From positions 2,127,454-2,191,453 of the forward strand of contig NW_002060946.1 of NCBI RefSeq assembly GCF_000150275.1: a stretch of DNA of 64,000 bases, in the 5' to 3' direction. Below are positions 39,419 to 53,619 of this stretch, one piece after another (positions within the stretch are counted from its first letter, which is position 1; each line of letters opens with the position of its first letter). The stretch comes from Trichoplax adhaerens (taxonomy: Eukaryota; Animalia; Placozoa). Below the pieces are notes generated by a model. The model made no database searches, had not been told where the DNA came from, and saw only the letters and a list, made by a program, of their open reading frames with translations. The position numbers and the translations under genes were made by a program.

Positions 39419-40157
39419 AATGTTGGCTATCACTCCATCCTACAACAACTTGCCAATTCAATTATCAAGCCTCTCCATTTTTGTCCATCACTCTATCATT
39501 GAACTGCTACACCTATTTGTTTTATACTTATACATATGTCATGATTATTTTTATTAGGCCATTCTTCAGGACGATATGCCATAGCATTTTAATGAGCAAG
39601 TTGAATAATGATAAAAGGATTGTCAATTTTCTCGGGCTACGATGTCGCCTTACAAACGATTAATAGCAGTTTTGCAGAATTAATTTTTCAAACGGTTTTT
39701 TCTGTTATTCGCTACGATTCAGTTTAAATTATAAAAGGTTAGAAATTATCGAGAAGGGGCTATAAAATGGCAGTAACAATAGCAATAACCAAACAGGAGC
39801 CAGCGCAATTTTTATTCTACAGCAACGGTCAATGCCAGTCGATCTACATATCAGTTTTGGTGATTCTGTTCCAGTAAAGAAAAGTAATAATGTAGCACCC
39901 TATACTAATCATTTAGAAGAAATCTCATCCATTCTGTAAATTGAGCAAAATAGGACGATTCCAAGTAGACTAAGTCTTTAATATACACTTATTACTATAA
40001 TATCCTACGCTTACATATTAATAAATCGACTGTGGTTTGTAGAAGATGAGATCGATCCTATCCGTATTTAAAATTGGATGATTTAAATTGAACTAAATCG
40101 ATGACCACTGACCGATATTACAACATATTGGTGAATCGTCGAAAGATATAAAACGCC

Positions 40158-40360
40158 AAAGAAATTTTCATAATTTAAGCAGAATATTGCGTATTGCTAT
40201 TTCTATCAAGTCCGCAATGAATACGACGGAACAGCAAGGCAAGATATACTCATATCCGTATTTAAATTACTGCAAAGACATTTTCATAGTTGAAGCAGGA
40301 TATTGCGAATAACTGTTTCCATTAAGTCTGCAATGTATACTAGTTGAACAGCAACTCAAG
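40158..40360. repeat. Degenerate direct repeat, ~116-bp period x2
   Basis: aaagaaattttcataatttaagcagaatattgcgta...aagtccgcaatgaatac..gaacagcaaggcaag against aaagacattttcatagttgaagcaggatattgcgaa...aagtctgcaatgtatac..gaacagcaactcaag. tatccgtatttaaa also occurs at both ~40059 and ~40253. Confidence 0.75.
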
Positions 40361-43300
40361 CTGTGAAATTAACTATGCTTATGAAAAAGTAAATTACATT
40401 CATAGTTGAATCAAGCGAACTGAAATTGCAATATATCCACCCATAACACTTTTTGGTCAAGAATAACTTCTAGAGATTAGCTGAATCACCTGTCTCTATA
40501 GGAAGACAACTCATACTTACTTTTGAACTATGTCAAATCAATAGCGTCTTTTGGATCTAGAAATAAGTATTACTTTGATGAATCATCTATAGCTAAGGCG
40601 AATTACATTTCCAGTTGAAATAAGAATGATTTGAAATCTTTCGAATCTCTAACCTATGCCACTGATATTCAAGTCATTTACAACGTCCATAATCGATTAT
40701 GTATATTCATATCGGAAACAAAATGATTACAATTACATCAAATCTGTGATTTAAATTTGTAGGATAGTAGTATAAGATATTGGATTACCTATAGTATAAT
40801 ATATAATGAGAAGCAAATTACGATCACTAATTTTCGAAAGAGACCATTCCATTGGGCTATATAAGTGTAAGATATAGTAAGAATGTAGCAATGCAATTAC
40901 GAAATGATGTTACCGCACTTATTATTTAAGTTAATTGATGATTGCTCTCTTAAAATGTTGTAAAATTCAGCTATATATAGACACTATAATTCGTCAATGG
41001 AGGATGTATCCTGTTGGAAACCGTGTATAGATTACACATTCTCCATAAAATATCTCCGAATTATAATTTTACGTAGGCAATATCCAGTTCGATTGTATAT
41101 ATAAAATATATCCTCTTTCTGCTTATTGCTACGGAAATAAATCCTTATTATGCCGGTATATTAAAAGAAAATTAAAAATAATTGATCGAGTATTTAGAGC
41201 AGTAAATAAATTTAATGCGATAAAGAAACTCTATAAAACTAGGTGCAATAAATTCAATTTCTATTCCAAAATCACTGATAACTTATTGCATTACAGTTTT
41301 ATTTATTTCATTCAATTATTGCTGCAAAATCTTCTTCGATCTTATGCAATTACTTGAGTAGATAATGTAATAAATTTTAATCGGATTGAACTGATAGTTT
41401 GCCATTATAAAATCATCTACTACATCTTATAAAAAAGTAAAACTTTTTATTATATATTATTGGAATTGATAATAAATGATGCATCATATTATTATTTCCA
41501 CATTTTTTACAGCTGTCTTGCATATCTGAATATGATTACACAACAACACTGATACTAATCATAGTAACGTCTTTAATTTCGATTTTCACAAGAATATTAT
41601 ATACTCAATTTGTTATTAACTGGTGTCTAATGAGCTAATTGTTTCATGTTTTTAACGCATGTACATCATTACCATATTATCCGTAATAAAAAATATCCAT
41701 TTTAGAGTTTCAATAACTCCAACTCGCTAATGTTTCTGTGGTGAGACTATGCTAATGGATTATTAAGACAATAATTCAATATATTGGCTCTATTATAAGA
41801 CAATTCCCTTGGTTAACATAGCTAAACGGACAGCTGTAAATGAAGTCTATAAATGATGTCGATTTATAACTATTTTGACTAGTTCAATGAAGATGCATGA
41901 TTTAATAAAAAATAATCATTGCAAATCTTCAATTAGGAAAGTCCATCAATTATAAACATGTTTATCTTAGGTACATCATATTCGAGTACGATATGAAAGA
42001 GAAAGTAAATCCCATAACTATCACATTATTGAAATTGTAAGTAAATTCATTATGATAATATTTCTGGAACGGCAACTAAATTTATCAACCATCGTATTAT
42101 TGCAAACAAATACAGTCTACTTTGACAATCAATTGAACTTTTGATATAGAATAAAAAAATAGCGGTTGATTCTTTATAGTCTTATTTAATTCTATCATAA
42201 TTCAATCAGAGGCTCAGGATCTATGCAAGTAATTGTATTCAAAACAACGCAAATCCATTCTAAACTAAATTTTTTCACATCAATAGTTACCATCTGTGCC
42301 ATTCCGAAGATTTCAGCGCACTCTTGTTTCAATAATATCAGAGAAAAATGTCCATGCGTGATCATAGATTACAAAGTATTGCTATAAATATTAACAATTA
42401 CCATAATTTACTTCCTTGTTGTGTAATGAGAATAGTTATGTAATAGGTAATAGCCAATAGCCTGAAATAGGCGATAATTTAAGGTAGTAATGATGATGAA
42501 AATGATAAAATAATGTAGTGGAAATAATTAACTGTCAACTCTTTCGCTAAATAATTGAAAGCCGTATTATTGATTTTGCGTATTAAGAGGTACTTATACA
42601 GCTGTTATTAACAACTAAAATTTGGTTTATACAGTACTAGTATAATTTATTTAATTCAATTTTAAAAAATTTAATTGAAAGGTAAGTGCACCTATCAAAT
42701 TATGTAATAATGTAATGGTAAAATAAGAGCATGATGGTCAGTATACGATATAAGCTTTTTTATGTAATAAAACAGCAAAATTTACCAAAGAGTTTCACTC
42801 GACAATTGGATTTCATGAGAAATACCAAATAAATGTGAAGAACAGAGTAATCTAAGGGATAATGATTAGTATCAGATTTTTTAATTGGGGTGTTGTAGCT
42901 GTTAGTAGTCCTCAATTTCAATCATAATTTTCTACGCGTAACTATTTACGAACTGTGTAGCAAGGGTATCGATAATAACGTAAATTTAAAATGACCATTC
43001 TATTATAAAATGCACACTATTTCAGTTAGTTTTAAGATAAATATTTTATAGCATCTTGGAATAAAATTTATTAGTTCAGTATCGATTGTTGTATCACAGA
43101 GGATTAATTAAAATTCGTTAGTCAAGGGTAACACGATAACTGCTCATAAGAAGAAGAATACTACCATCATTTCGATTGCATACCAATCAAGAGTAAGATA
43201 ATTTGATATAATATAGAAAGTATTCTAATAAAGCAAGAAGGTTCTCAAAGTTAATAGAAATTAAGGTTTAAAAGTACCACACAAGGCAATTTTAGTAGCA

Positions 43301-46300
43301 TTAGAAGAAATTGTGAGATAACTTCAAATTTAAAATCTTGAATTTTATTGCTTAATATGACATTAAGAATTATTCTCTGTTATTAATTCTGTTTACGCTT
43401 GCGATCCTGCTCTAATAATTGCGATATTTCAGATAGATCTTAGTATTGTTTACTTTGTTATTATCTTATAATAAATGGATAGAAATCGATTCTTTTTGAC
43501 CTTGTGTATTACTCTTTAACTATTGCTAGTCAAGCGTATTACATACATTCCCATAACTTGACGTTATAATATGAGAAAATCCATTAAATCGTAGAAATGA
43601 TTATCGGAAAATTGATTACTTTGTTATTCGTTTATTGATGATAGGTCTGCCACATTATGCTTACTGCCAGATAATTTATAGCAATTAAAATAAGAATAAT
43701 TGCCTTATTTTCTAATACAAAAATCTTACTTTATTAAAATGTTTTACGAAATTGCCAATAAATTATTGCTACTCAAGGGTATGGTTTGATCCTAATTAAG
43801 GGAGATTAATATTTTAACTTTATTAAATGAGGTATTATGGAGTTCTTGACATTGAAGACATTGTTTTCATACCCACACGATAAGTTTTGCTATCTAAATT
43901 TAAAATTTTGATCAATATAAAAATTAAGGCAAATTTAGCTACTACAAGGGATTGATATAATCGACAAAGGTGAGAAAAATTATACCGATTTTCTGCTATT
44001 ATTAAAAAATCATCAATGCAATAAATGTAAGTAAGAAATGTTAGACATTAAATTATTTAAAAGGATTCGCATAATTAATAAAATAAGAAAATCTTGGATA
44101 TTTAGCCATTAAAACAATTTCGTAACATAATTGATGTATAGAAGAAAATGTAGTTAATTTGATATCAAAAGGAATTCAAAATAGAATCAATACGAAGAGC
44201 AATGATCATTTAACCATTAAAAACAACTCTAGGCATTGATTATTTAGAATCTACGCTAATTGTCGTGCTTTGATTGCATAATATTTACTTCTATCCTTAT
44301 TATCGGTATATAAATGTGCAACGTAAATTAGAATAAATCTACTAATATATTAAGTCAAATAGATTAATGTAAAAGGAAAAAGCAAGGCTGCTATGATTCT
44401 GTTTGTTGGTAATATACTTTATTTACAGTTATCAGAATAGCTGGCCAATACCCTCGACTATAATCAGAATAGGAAATATTGAGTATAGTATGATTCGTAG
44501 AAAAAACTGTAGAAAGCAAGGTAGCAGTGTTAAGCAAAATATTGTATTGTATTCAATTCGTAAAGGCAGTGGCTAGAACAAATGCGATAATTTCTAATTG
44601 TACACAAAAATTCTTGACAATGGCAGGCATATTTATTATCTCAAACAAAATGACATATGATAAAAATTGCTATCTAAAGCAATTTAGGAGTAATTGAATT
44701 GATTAGAATAAAAGCGAAATTTTGTAGAATTAATTTCATCAATTATTGAAAAGTGAAAATGTATAATAAACTTCCAAATTAATATATAAATTCTTTTACG
44801 AAGATTTAATTAATAGAATTACAACGAAAATTGGTAGCATTAATTTAGTAAATTCTTGAAGTTGAATTTATGGCCAGATTGAGATTACTATCGTGGAAGT
44901 AAAATTTCATAGTCTCATTCATAAACATTTTATACGGACAGTATGCATCGTTTGATGATATATCATAAAATGAAATAGAAGTTAAAACTGATAATACTGT
45001 CGCTGAAAGGAAGGCTATATATTAGCTACTTCTAATTATTAGAACATCGATTGACTATCAAGGTGGATGTATTTATAAAATTAATTTATTGTTATATTGA
45101 CGATAGAAATTCTCATTGCGGAAGAAAACTATTCTAACCCGTATGCAGTCATATAATATATCGTCTGATGATAAAAGTCAGCCTGGAATATCATAATGTT
45201 AATTATCGATATCTTCAGAAATGGAAATAGATAGCAAGACCGAAATAAATGTCAATAAAGTATCGTTAATGATGCCGTAGACTTTTTATTCCATAAAAGA
45301 ATAGCACAATTCGTAAATAGAATATCAAATTAAAATTATTAAGATAAACGACAGAATCTATAAACTATTATAATGATGAAATAGACTACAATCTAATGAT
45401 ATTGCTTTTTAATACTTTAGAAAAGTTGTTTTAGAATAAAATAATATAAAGAATCGAAACTGGGGCTTGAACGACTACATAAAAGGGGAATATTCATTAG
45501 TCAATGGTACTATTATTGACTCACTCATTTTGGACTAGGGAAATAAAAAATCTTATCAAAAGTTCTTTTATTTAAACTGTAAATATTTTAAGCTTGGTAA
45601 ACTACTTTAGAAGAAGTAATCGGTGAGACTAAATAGACCATATAATTGGCTTACACATGTGCACATTATGTGAAACGCAATAAAAATTTTTCGTTTTTTT
45701 AGTTAAAATAGTACTAGAGAATGACATTATTAGACAAACTAAATAATGAATCAAAAAGACTATAAAAATGGGCCATTACTCCTTTGCTTCTTTAAAAAAA
45801 AATTGAAGAGACTCTTGATCAGAAGGATTTAAATTTGAAAGAATGCACCATAGCTGAAGACACATTGAGGTGCCTGTAATAATTTATCCGTCCTTTTCAT
45901 TTGTTAGCTTATTATTATAGATTGCATTGTAGAAGAAAGAATTCCATATCAAAATTAACGTCAACAGGGCTTTGAAATAAAAATTATTTCACTTAACGAT
46001 ATTTAAACATGTGTTGGCTAGTTCGCATCAATTTATGCATGTGCAGTGTGTAACATACAGAAAATATTTAACTCCAATAATTTGACCTGGGAGTCTCAAT
46101 AACAAAGTAATATAAAATCAGATATTACTGCTGTGTATTGTATTAAAAAATTTCACGTAGATTTTTGTCTGTAATTAATGATATTATACTGCTTAATTAA
46201 GCAAAGAAAAAGCTAGTGCAGTCTAATGAATACGATTAATGATATAAAGATATACTTTTAGAAAGACTACTATGGTGTCGCACTTGTGCAGTATTGGCTT

Positions 46301-49300
46301 TAATGCACTCGTATTCTTCATAAGCTAGAGAAATATTATCCTATCGAATACAATCGCGTCCATTAATTTGGCCAATGTTAATGCTTTTCTATTGAAGATT
46401 AATGTTATTAAGTATAGAAAAGTAAAGATATACATTAAGCTATTTGTTAAGCTCTTAAATGATGTTTGACTACAGCGCTTTAAGGGCGCAGTTGATCAGG
46501 CTATAAAATATTTTTGCCCTCATGCATGCATACCGATACATCATTTTCCGGGAAAAGCTGGATTGATGATATACAGTAACTTAGTACATGCTAACAATTT
46601 CGTATTTCAATTTATGAAATAAAGAAATATTAAAAGAAACTTTCGAATTTTGTTAACTGTAATCATGATATCTTCAATATACTTTAAGTGATATAGATAA
46701 CAACAATAAATATATTTTGACCGCTATATATTCGTTTTCTCTAGTAGAATTGAGACGCTAATCAATCTAGTGTCTATTTTTTGTTGTCATTGCAAATTAG
46801 CTGGTCTTGGTGTATTCCTTTTCAATATTAGCTTATAAATTAAAAAGATAAAGTAAGCTAGCTGATATTGCTCCCTTCCTACTAGAGATTAATTCTCTTA
46901 TCTATTAGTTGATTTTATACATTGAAAAATACTAAATGTTAATATCTAAACGTTGGTTGACTTTGTTCGTGACTTTGTCTGTGATTATTAATATCCACCA
47001 AAGAATTGTCATGATAAAAATCGATGTTTACAACGAAGAAGAAAAATGGAGTTTGCCAGCCGATGTGCATTTGTTACTTAACTAAACTTGCCTAATCTAA
47101 ACTAATTTAGATTACCCTAGATAAGTAACAATGACTGAGAAATGCACTTTCAGAATCTTCTAACTATATCTTTATTCTCGAAAATGCAAGTCTAATTTAA
47201 TATTCAAAATCAATCATTTAAATAGCTATTCTAGCCATAAAACCGGTTTACGATGTGTGATATATTTCGACCAATAAGACTTCGAGAATACATTAAATTA
47301 TTCCTAGTCTAATCCAGTGAATTTGTAATATTACTATAGATTAACTTTATGTTTGCCCTGGCTTATAGTTAATAAGATTTATATTGAATTTGCCATTGAC
47401 AATTCATATACCATATTTAGTATAATTTAACCTGTATTAGGAACAGGTTTGTATCGGCTATACTAAGTCATCAAATAATTCATGCACATATCCAAATTAA
47501 TAACTATCTTAACATGATACATATACATGTCTAGATTAAGTAAGTTATCATTCACCACGGTAGATTCACTACCGTGACAGCCCTTCTTTTGAAATTTAAA
47601 TTTAATCGTATACCTTGATTTTTTATAAGAAATTATTACATTATTTTTACTAGTTTGTGCTTGCCTTAGATTCAATAAACGATAACTTGTTGTCCATATT
47701 CTAGTAAGTATTCCAATTAGCGCAAATAGAAATTCTTTTCATTTGAATAGTCAGACTGTAGCTTTCATTAACTGTGACAGGTTATTGTACGAGTATATTA
47801 CCTTAGCTAGCAATTATAGCAACAAATTTCCTAAAAAAGTTGATTCTATATATAGTTCGTGTATTTCAATTACCATTAGTCAAGACCTCTTACATGTGTT
47901 TTAAATCCAACGCACCCACCCTTGAAACGAGCAGCGCGTCTGACAGGTCTATCAAATGGTAATACTATCTGTTAAATGAGCACATTATCGTAAACCGTCA
48001 GCAAAGCGACGGGAGTTTGTACTAGTATCTTATATCTTCCAGAAATTGATATCATATCACTATTTTACAGAAACTATCATTTGCATCGATTATTGAGTTT
48101 GAGAAGCAGAGAATAATTAAAAGTCAATGGAGATCAGTTAAGATTAGTATTACTTTAAATTAGAATAGAAGGTAGCAATTTTTGTGCGGTAACCGCATTT
48201 GATAGTTCCTATTAAATGATAAGCGAACTAATTAGCAGATATGCAGAAACTAGAATAAGAAGAATTAATTTTTAATTCCATAGATTAATCCATTACATAA
48301 CTCTTAGCTTTTGTATCTATAAATTTCGCCATGTACCGCCATCAGACGGTACTAGCTATAAAGTAGACTTATTTATAGACTTTGGTAAGTTTTTATACTT
48401 TCCGGAAAGTTTAAACTTTCTAAATAATTATTTTAAATAAAGTAATAAGAACCGAAAAAATGCTTGATTGCATGCATCCAAGAGAGCAGCGATGAATAAA
48501 TGTTGCTAAAAGGTTTATTGAGCAATAGAACAGTAAATATATACGAATATTAAAAAATGAAAACAAAGTCTTTGCCGTTAGTGGTACCTATCCGGATCTG
48601 ATAGCTACAGTAAATGTAGATTGTATAAGTCATATTAACTACTTTGGATAGAAAATTGTTTTAATTCCTCAAAGTTCTACCTAAAGTAAACAGCGCAAAA
48701 ACACGCTTACTGATGTTAGCAGCAATTTGCAGAGCGCATTAGTATTTTATATACTGTAAAGTAAACGCGAATTATTTCATTAATGATGCGTATACAATTG
48801 ATTATATGCAAACAATTCTTCTTTATTGCATGAAAAGTAAAAATATCTAAGTGTGTAGAGAGATCCACGAAAACTAAGTAGTAAATACTATAGCTCATGA
48901 ATTTCTCTGACTGCATTTAATATGGTAATAATTAACAATTAAATAGAACTAATGTATATTTGCAAAGTGAGATACAAACTAGTTCTATTTATAATTCTTA
49001 TCCAATTGGGTAAATGCAAATTGAGTAGTTATCGTTATAGCCTCATTAGTGGTTATATACAAATTAAATAATGCTTTTTACTACTTGCGTTGGCTTTAAA
49101 GGCGAATCTTTCCAATTCCATATGGGAATTGTCGATCACGGATTAATTAGCAGCTCATAAATGGGATAACAGCATCACTGAAGATTAGAAAAGGCATGTA
49201 GATGTATGGCAACGTAAAGACAATCTAATTTTCATCTATCAGACCTTCCGAATGAATAATATAAACTTAGAGAGCTCTTATTTCTTACTGATATCATCAA

Positions 49301-49888
49301 AAAGGAGAAGTTCAAATTTTTAGGACTTCAACAGTGTGTAAATCTTTCGAATATACAGCTTCTAGACCGTAAGTGCTTAACAATTGCATACTATATATGA
49401 CAAACTGGACAATAGCTAATTCCTGCAAGTTATATCTTTCTGCTATGGCATCTCTACTTGGACATCTTGTTGCTTGAAGTATCATCGTAGCAGGAGAATT
49501 TCATAAATTCTCAGGGTGGCTTTGCCATCATTGAGTACCGTATTAATAGCTCACATATAACTTTCATGTCGGATGGTGTTTAATAAAGATTATATAAATA
49601 TACATTGCAAAGTACGGTAGATATGTATCGCCTTCCGTCAGTCACACGATTTTTATAAATGAAAAAAATTTTTACTGACGTTACCGGAAGAAATAGAGAT
49701 TTCTGAATCTTTGTAGTTTAGCTATGATATAGAATATTGTAATAAAGTAAATAGCTCGCTTATGCCTTTAATAGCCTCGATGAAACGTATATTGTAAGGT
49801 ACGCAGATGTAAATAATTTTCTATCAGTTGCCGGATACTCTTCTCTAATAGTCTATATGTTAAGGTCAACCCTAAAGTCGTCCGCCGT

Positions 49889-52800
49889 TTAAACTACTGT
49901 TAGGGTTATAACTTTCTTCTTTCTCATCTGCTTACGGAAATAAAACGATTGATAAAGTTGAAGACAAGGATGTAACGTTCTACCTCTAGTGTAGAAAAAA
50001 TTATATCCTAAAATATAATCCATAATATATTTCTTTAATAAGCTTTGCTTTTGATCATCATTTAGAGCTGCATCGGTAAGGTAAGCCATACTTGACATCA
50101 TAGTAATATGAGATATAATCGTTCCTGATAATGCGTTACTCAAGGTAGTAATATTATTAATAATATTAAAAGAAGCTACAGCCGTTATAAAGCATGTAGC
50201 AATGCAGCCTATAGCGAAAATACGACTTATTACTTGTCTAGAAGTTGTTGTCAGTCTCGAAGCATGATTACTAAGATGATAATAAAATTCGATCGGAATA
50301 CCGACTTCAGTATTCTCATCCGATGTAGATTTTACATTATAATAGAACGGTTTCAGACTGAGTTGTAGAGCATCTACATGTTGATCACTTAACTCTACCA
50401 TAATTTTTTGACGTAAGTCGCTTAGATCGTTATTAAATCTAGAAAACTCGACGTCATAAATTTTACTCCCATTTTCATCTATCTTATCTAATTGAAATTT
50501 TACAAGGATACATTGTTGCTCGTATCGAAATTCTGTATCGCATTCCATTGCTAATAATTCTAATCTAGCTCGTATTACTTCACGAAGATTTTCTAGTCTT
50601 ATAGGCAGATCGACCTCGACTCCTTTAGGAGTAACGATAAATAAAATTTCCATTTGTCCATCATCGTTGGATAAGTAATCGTCTATATCAGATTGTATTT
50701 CATCTTGTAAATCAAGGATATTTTTAGATAGTAATATTTTATCGGCAGAATAACCTCGTAATGCTTGTCTTGTAAAATAGATAAAAGGGAAAATTGGAGC
50801 TAAATAAGCTGAAAAGAAATTGCTATGCGCAATAATAAAAGCAGTCGATGTGATTAAAATTCTAATCAATAACTGCAATGTAAAGTATATCAGAAACATC
50901 GCCATAGAGCAATATAGGACAGAAATGATATAGAGAACAGCTTTGATAAATGCTTTAGAATGGGATAATTCTTTACCGTGGCAATGAAATTTTTGGCACA
51001 ATCGATACGCGATAACATCCGCTTTACGAAACGCATAATACTCTAACGATATCTTATTTATGATAGCAAATGGAACGCAACACAGTAAAATTATGAGCAT
51101 AGTTATAAATTTCCACCATGTTTGGATATCAAAGATATCGTGAGCTAACCGCGATATTGACTTAGAGAGTTTATCGATATACCAGGATAATCGAAAAATA
51201 AGCTCTGTTTCTGTATATTTCAATATTTTTTCATCTCGATAAGCGATAGAGTTTTCTACTTCTTCACCACCGCAATGAAGTAATGGTATTATAACAATGA
51301 TCGTTAAGCAGCCGAAGATAGAACCGATAATTAAAAATAGTGTATATATAGCATGAGGAAAAGGTAAGTCATGAAGGACAGGAACAGGAAGAAAATTATA
51401 AGGAGAACCTTGTAACCAAGTTGATACCATAAATCCAGTCATACCCACAATGTAAAGTGAAACATAACGTATCCATAACCTAGAGTTATGTGCAGACTGA
51501 TATGTAAATCTCCTTAGGCGGTTACTGGTGCCTTCGTATTTATATCTGCTAACCAATCGTAAATGAATGTATTCTGGTAAATTAGAGGTTCCCATGTTTT
51601 CTCTCCTAAAGTGTTATAGACAATATATAGAGAGAATACCAGCATTTTAACGAGAGAAATCATAGGATTAAGATAAATAGTATAAACTTCGGGAATAACG
51701 ATACTAATTTATTAATTAGATAATGACGTATATTCAGAATTTTTTACTTGGCGTATATTAAACGATAGTCCTACTTTTGGGACATTAATAATACATGCGA
51801 AAGTAAGATCATATCCAAGTGTCAATCCTGATAAAGTACGAATATTTTATGCTGATCCTACAAACACGGAAGATTTAATAATAGCATGGAAATCTAACAA
51901 GTGATTGCTTTACGTGTTTACTAATGGAATGAAAGGCAAACAGGCGTATAATTATATTGAATAATTATAACTTAAAATTAATTTTTAGGCGCTTTGAAGT
52001 GATTACGGTTATTTTTATAATCCTAAAATAATTAACGGTACTGTAAGCTTACAGGGGCATAATAAGTGTAAACTAGATGATCGAGTGTGAAAAGGGTAGA
52101 ATTTTCTTTATACAAGTAATGTAAAGGTAGATGGGTTAAAGGCTAGCTATCTAGCTGGATAGATAGCGGTACCGTAGATTTGCATGTTGGTGCTNNNNNN
52201 NNNNNNNNNNNNNNNNNNNNNNNNNNNNNNNNNNNNNNNNNNNNNNNNNNNNNNNNNNNNNNNNNNNNNNNNNNNNNNNNNNNNNNNNNNNNNNNNNNNN
52301 NNNNNNNNNNNNNNNNNNNNNNNNNNNNNNNNNNNNNNNNNNNNNNNNNNNNNNNNNNNNNNNNNNNNNNNNNNNNNNNNNNNNNNNNNNNNNNNNNNNN
52401 NNNNNNNNNNNNNNNNNNNNNNNNNNNNNNNNNNNNNNNNNNNNNNNNNNNNNNNNNNNNNNNNNNNNNNNNNNNNNNNNNNNNNNNNNNNNNNNNNNNN
52501 NNNNNNNNNNNNNNNNNNNNNNNNNNNNNNNNNNNNNNNNNNNNNNNNNNNNNNNNNNNNNNNNNNNNNNNNNNNNNNNNNNNNNNNNNNNNNNNNNNNN
52601 NNNNNNNNNNNNNNNNNNNNNNNNNNNNNNNNNNNNNNNNNNNNNNNNNNNNNNNNNNNNNNNNNNNNNNNNNNNNNNNNNNNNNNNNNNNNNNNNNNNN
52701 NNNNNNNNNNNNNNNNNNNNNNNNNNNNNNNNNNNNNNNNNNNNNNNNNNNNNNNNNNNNNNNNNNNNNNNNNNNNNNNNNNNNNNNNNNNNNNNNNNNN

Positions 52801-53619
52801 NNNNNNNNNNNNNNNNNNNNNNNNNNNNNNNNNNNNNNNNNNNNNNNNNNNNNNNNNNNNNNNNNNNNNNNNNNNNNNNNNNNNNNNNNNNNNNNNNNNN
52901 NNNNNNNNNNNNNNNNNNNNNNNNNNNNNNNNNNNNNNNNNNNNNNNNNNNNNNNNNNNNNNNNNNNNNNNNNNNNNNNNNNNNNNNNNNNNNNNNNNNN
53001 NNNNNNNNNNNNNNNNNNNNNNNNNNNNNNNNNNNNNNNNNNNNNNNNNNNNNNNNNNNNNNNNNNNNNNNNNNNNNNNNNNNNNNNAGCATGAAAACGT
53101 GATATTATCAAGTGGTGTAGAGATATTCAGTAACCGTTTACATATTGTACCGCAGGTTTTACCTGTACAACTTGTTTTAATATTAGCGAAATGCTTAAGA
53201 GCGGTAAATGTACAGTTATCACGTTTGGTTTTATCGATCATACTACGATAGCATCCAATGGGAGATTCGTTGATTGTAATATTTATAGTGTCTTCAAATA
53301 ACAGAGGTAATACCGAAGACAAGATGAAAAAATCGACTGGTATAGTCATTAAGGATGGTCCAAAATCTATTCGAGCCCAAGCAAATACTCTATAGTCTGT
53401 GGGTTGAAAGAATGTTTTATTATTGGTATCCATTAATGACAAGTACAAAACATGAATATCATCTTGGCTAGCTTTCGTTTTTAGGTTTCTAACATCATTA
53501 ACCGATGGTATAGAAATGGTGCAATTGCTGCTACAGCTATGATTTCGACCTTGGGACGAAGAAGTATCCATTAACGCAATGACTATCATAATCATCCATA
53601 TTGTCGTAGTTGAAGACAT
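49889..53619 (-). CDS. Uncharacterised multi-pass membrane protein with Cys-rich ectodomain, tandem copy A (2 coding exons; end of exon 1 lies in the gap)
   Basis: Exon 1 runs from ATG 53619 (signal peptide MSSTTTIWMIMIVIALMDTSSS, Cys-rich domain) into the N gap. Exon 2 is 49889-51605 (1717 nt) with a phase-2 acceptor ctttag|G AGA GAA AAC ATG. Colinear with copy B. Confidence 0.85.
52195..53087. other. Assembly gap (N run)
   Basis: Run of n characters that produces the poly-X ORFs in the track. Confidence 1.

Noticed and set aside
52143-53251. Several 300+ aa ORFs on both strands
   Set aside because: They are poly-X translations of the N gap. Only 53088-53619 (-) is real coding sequence.
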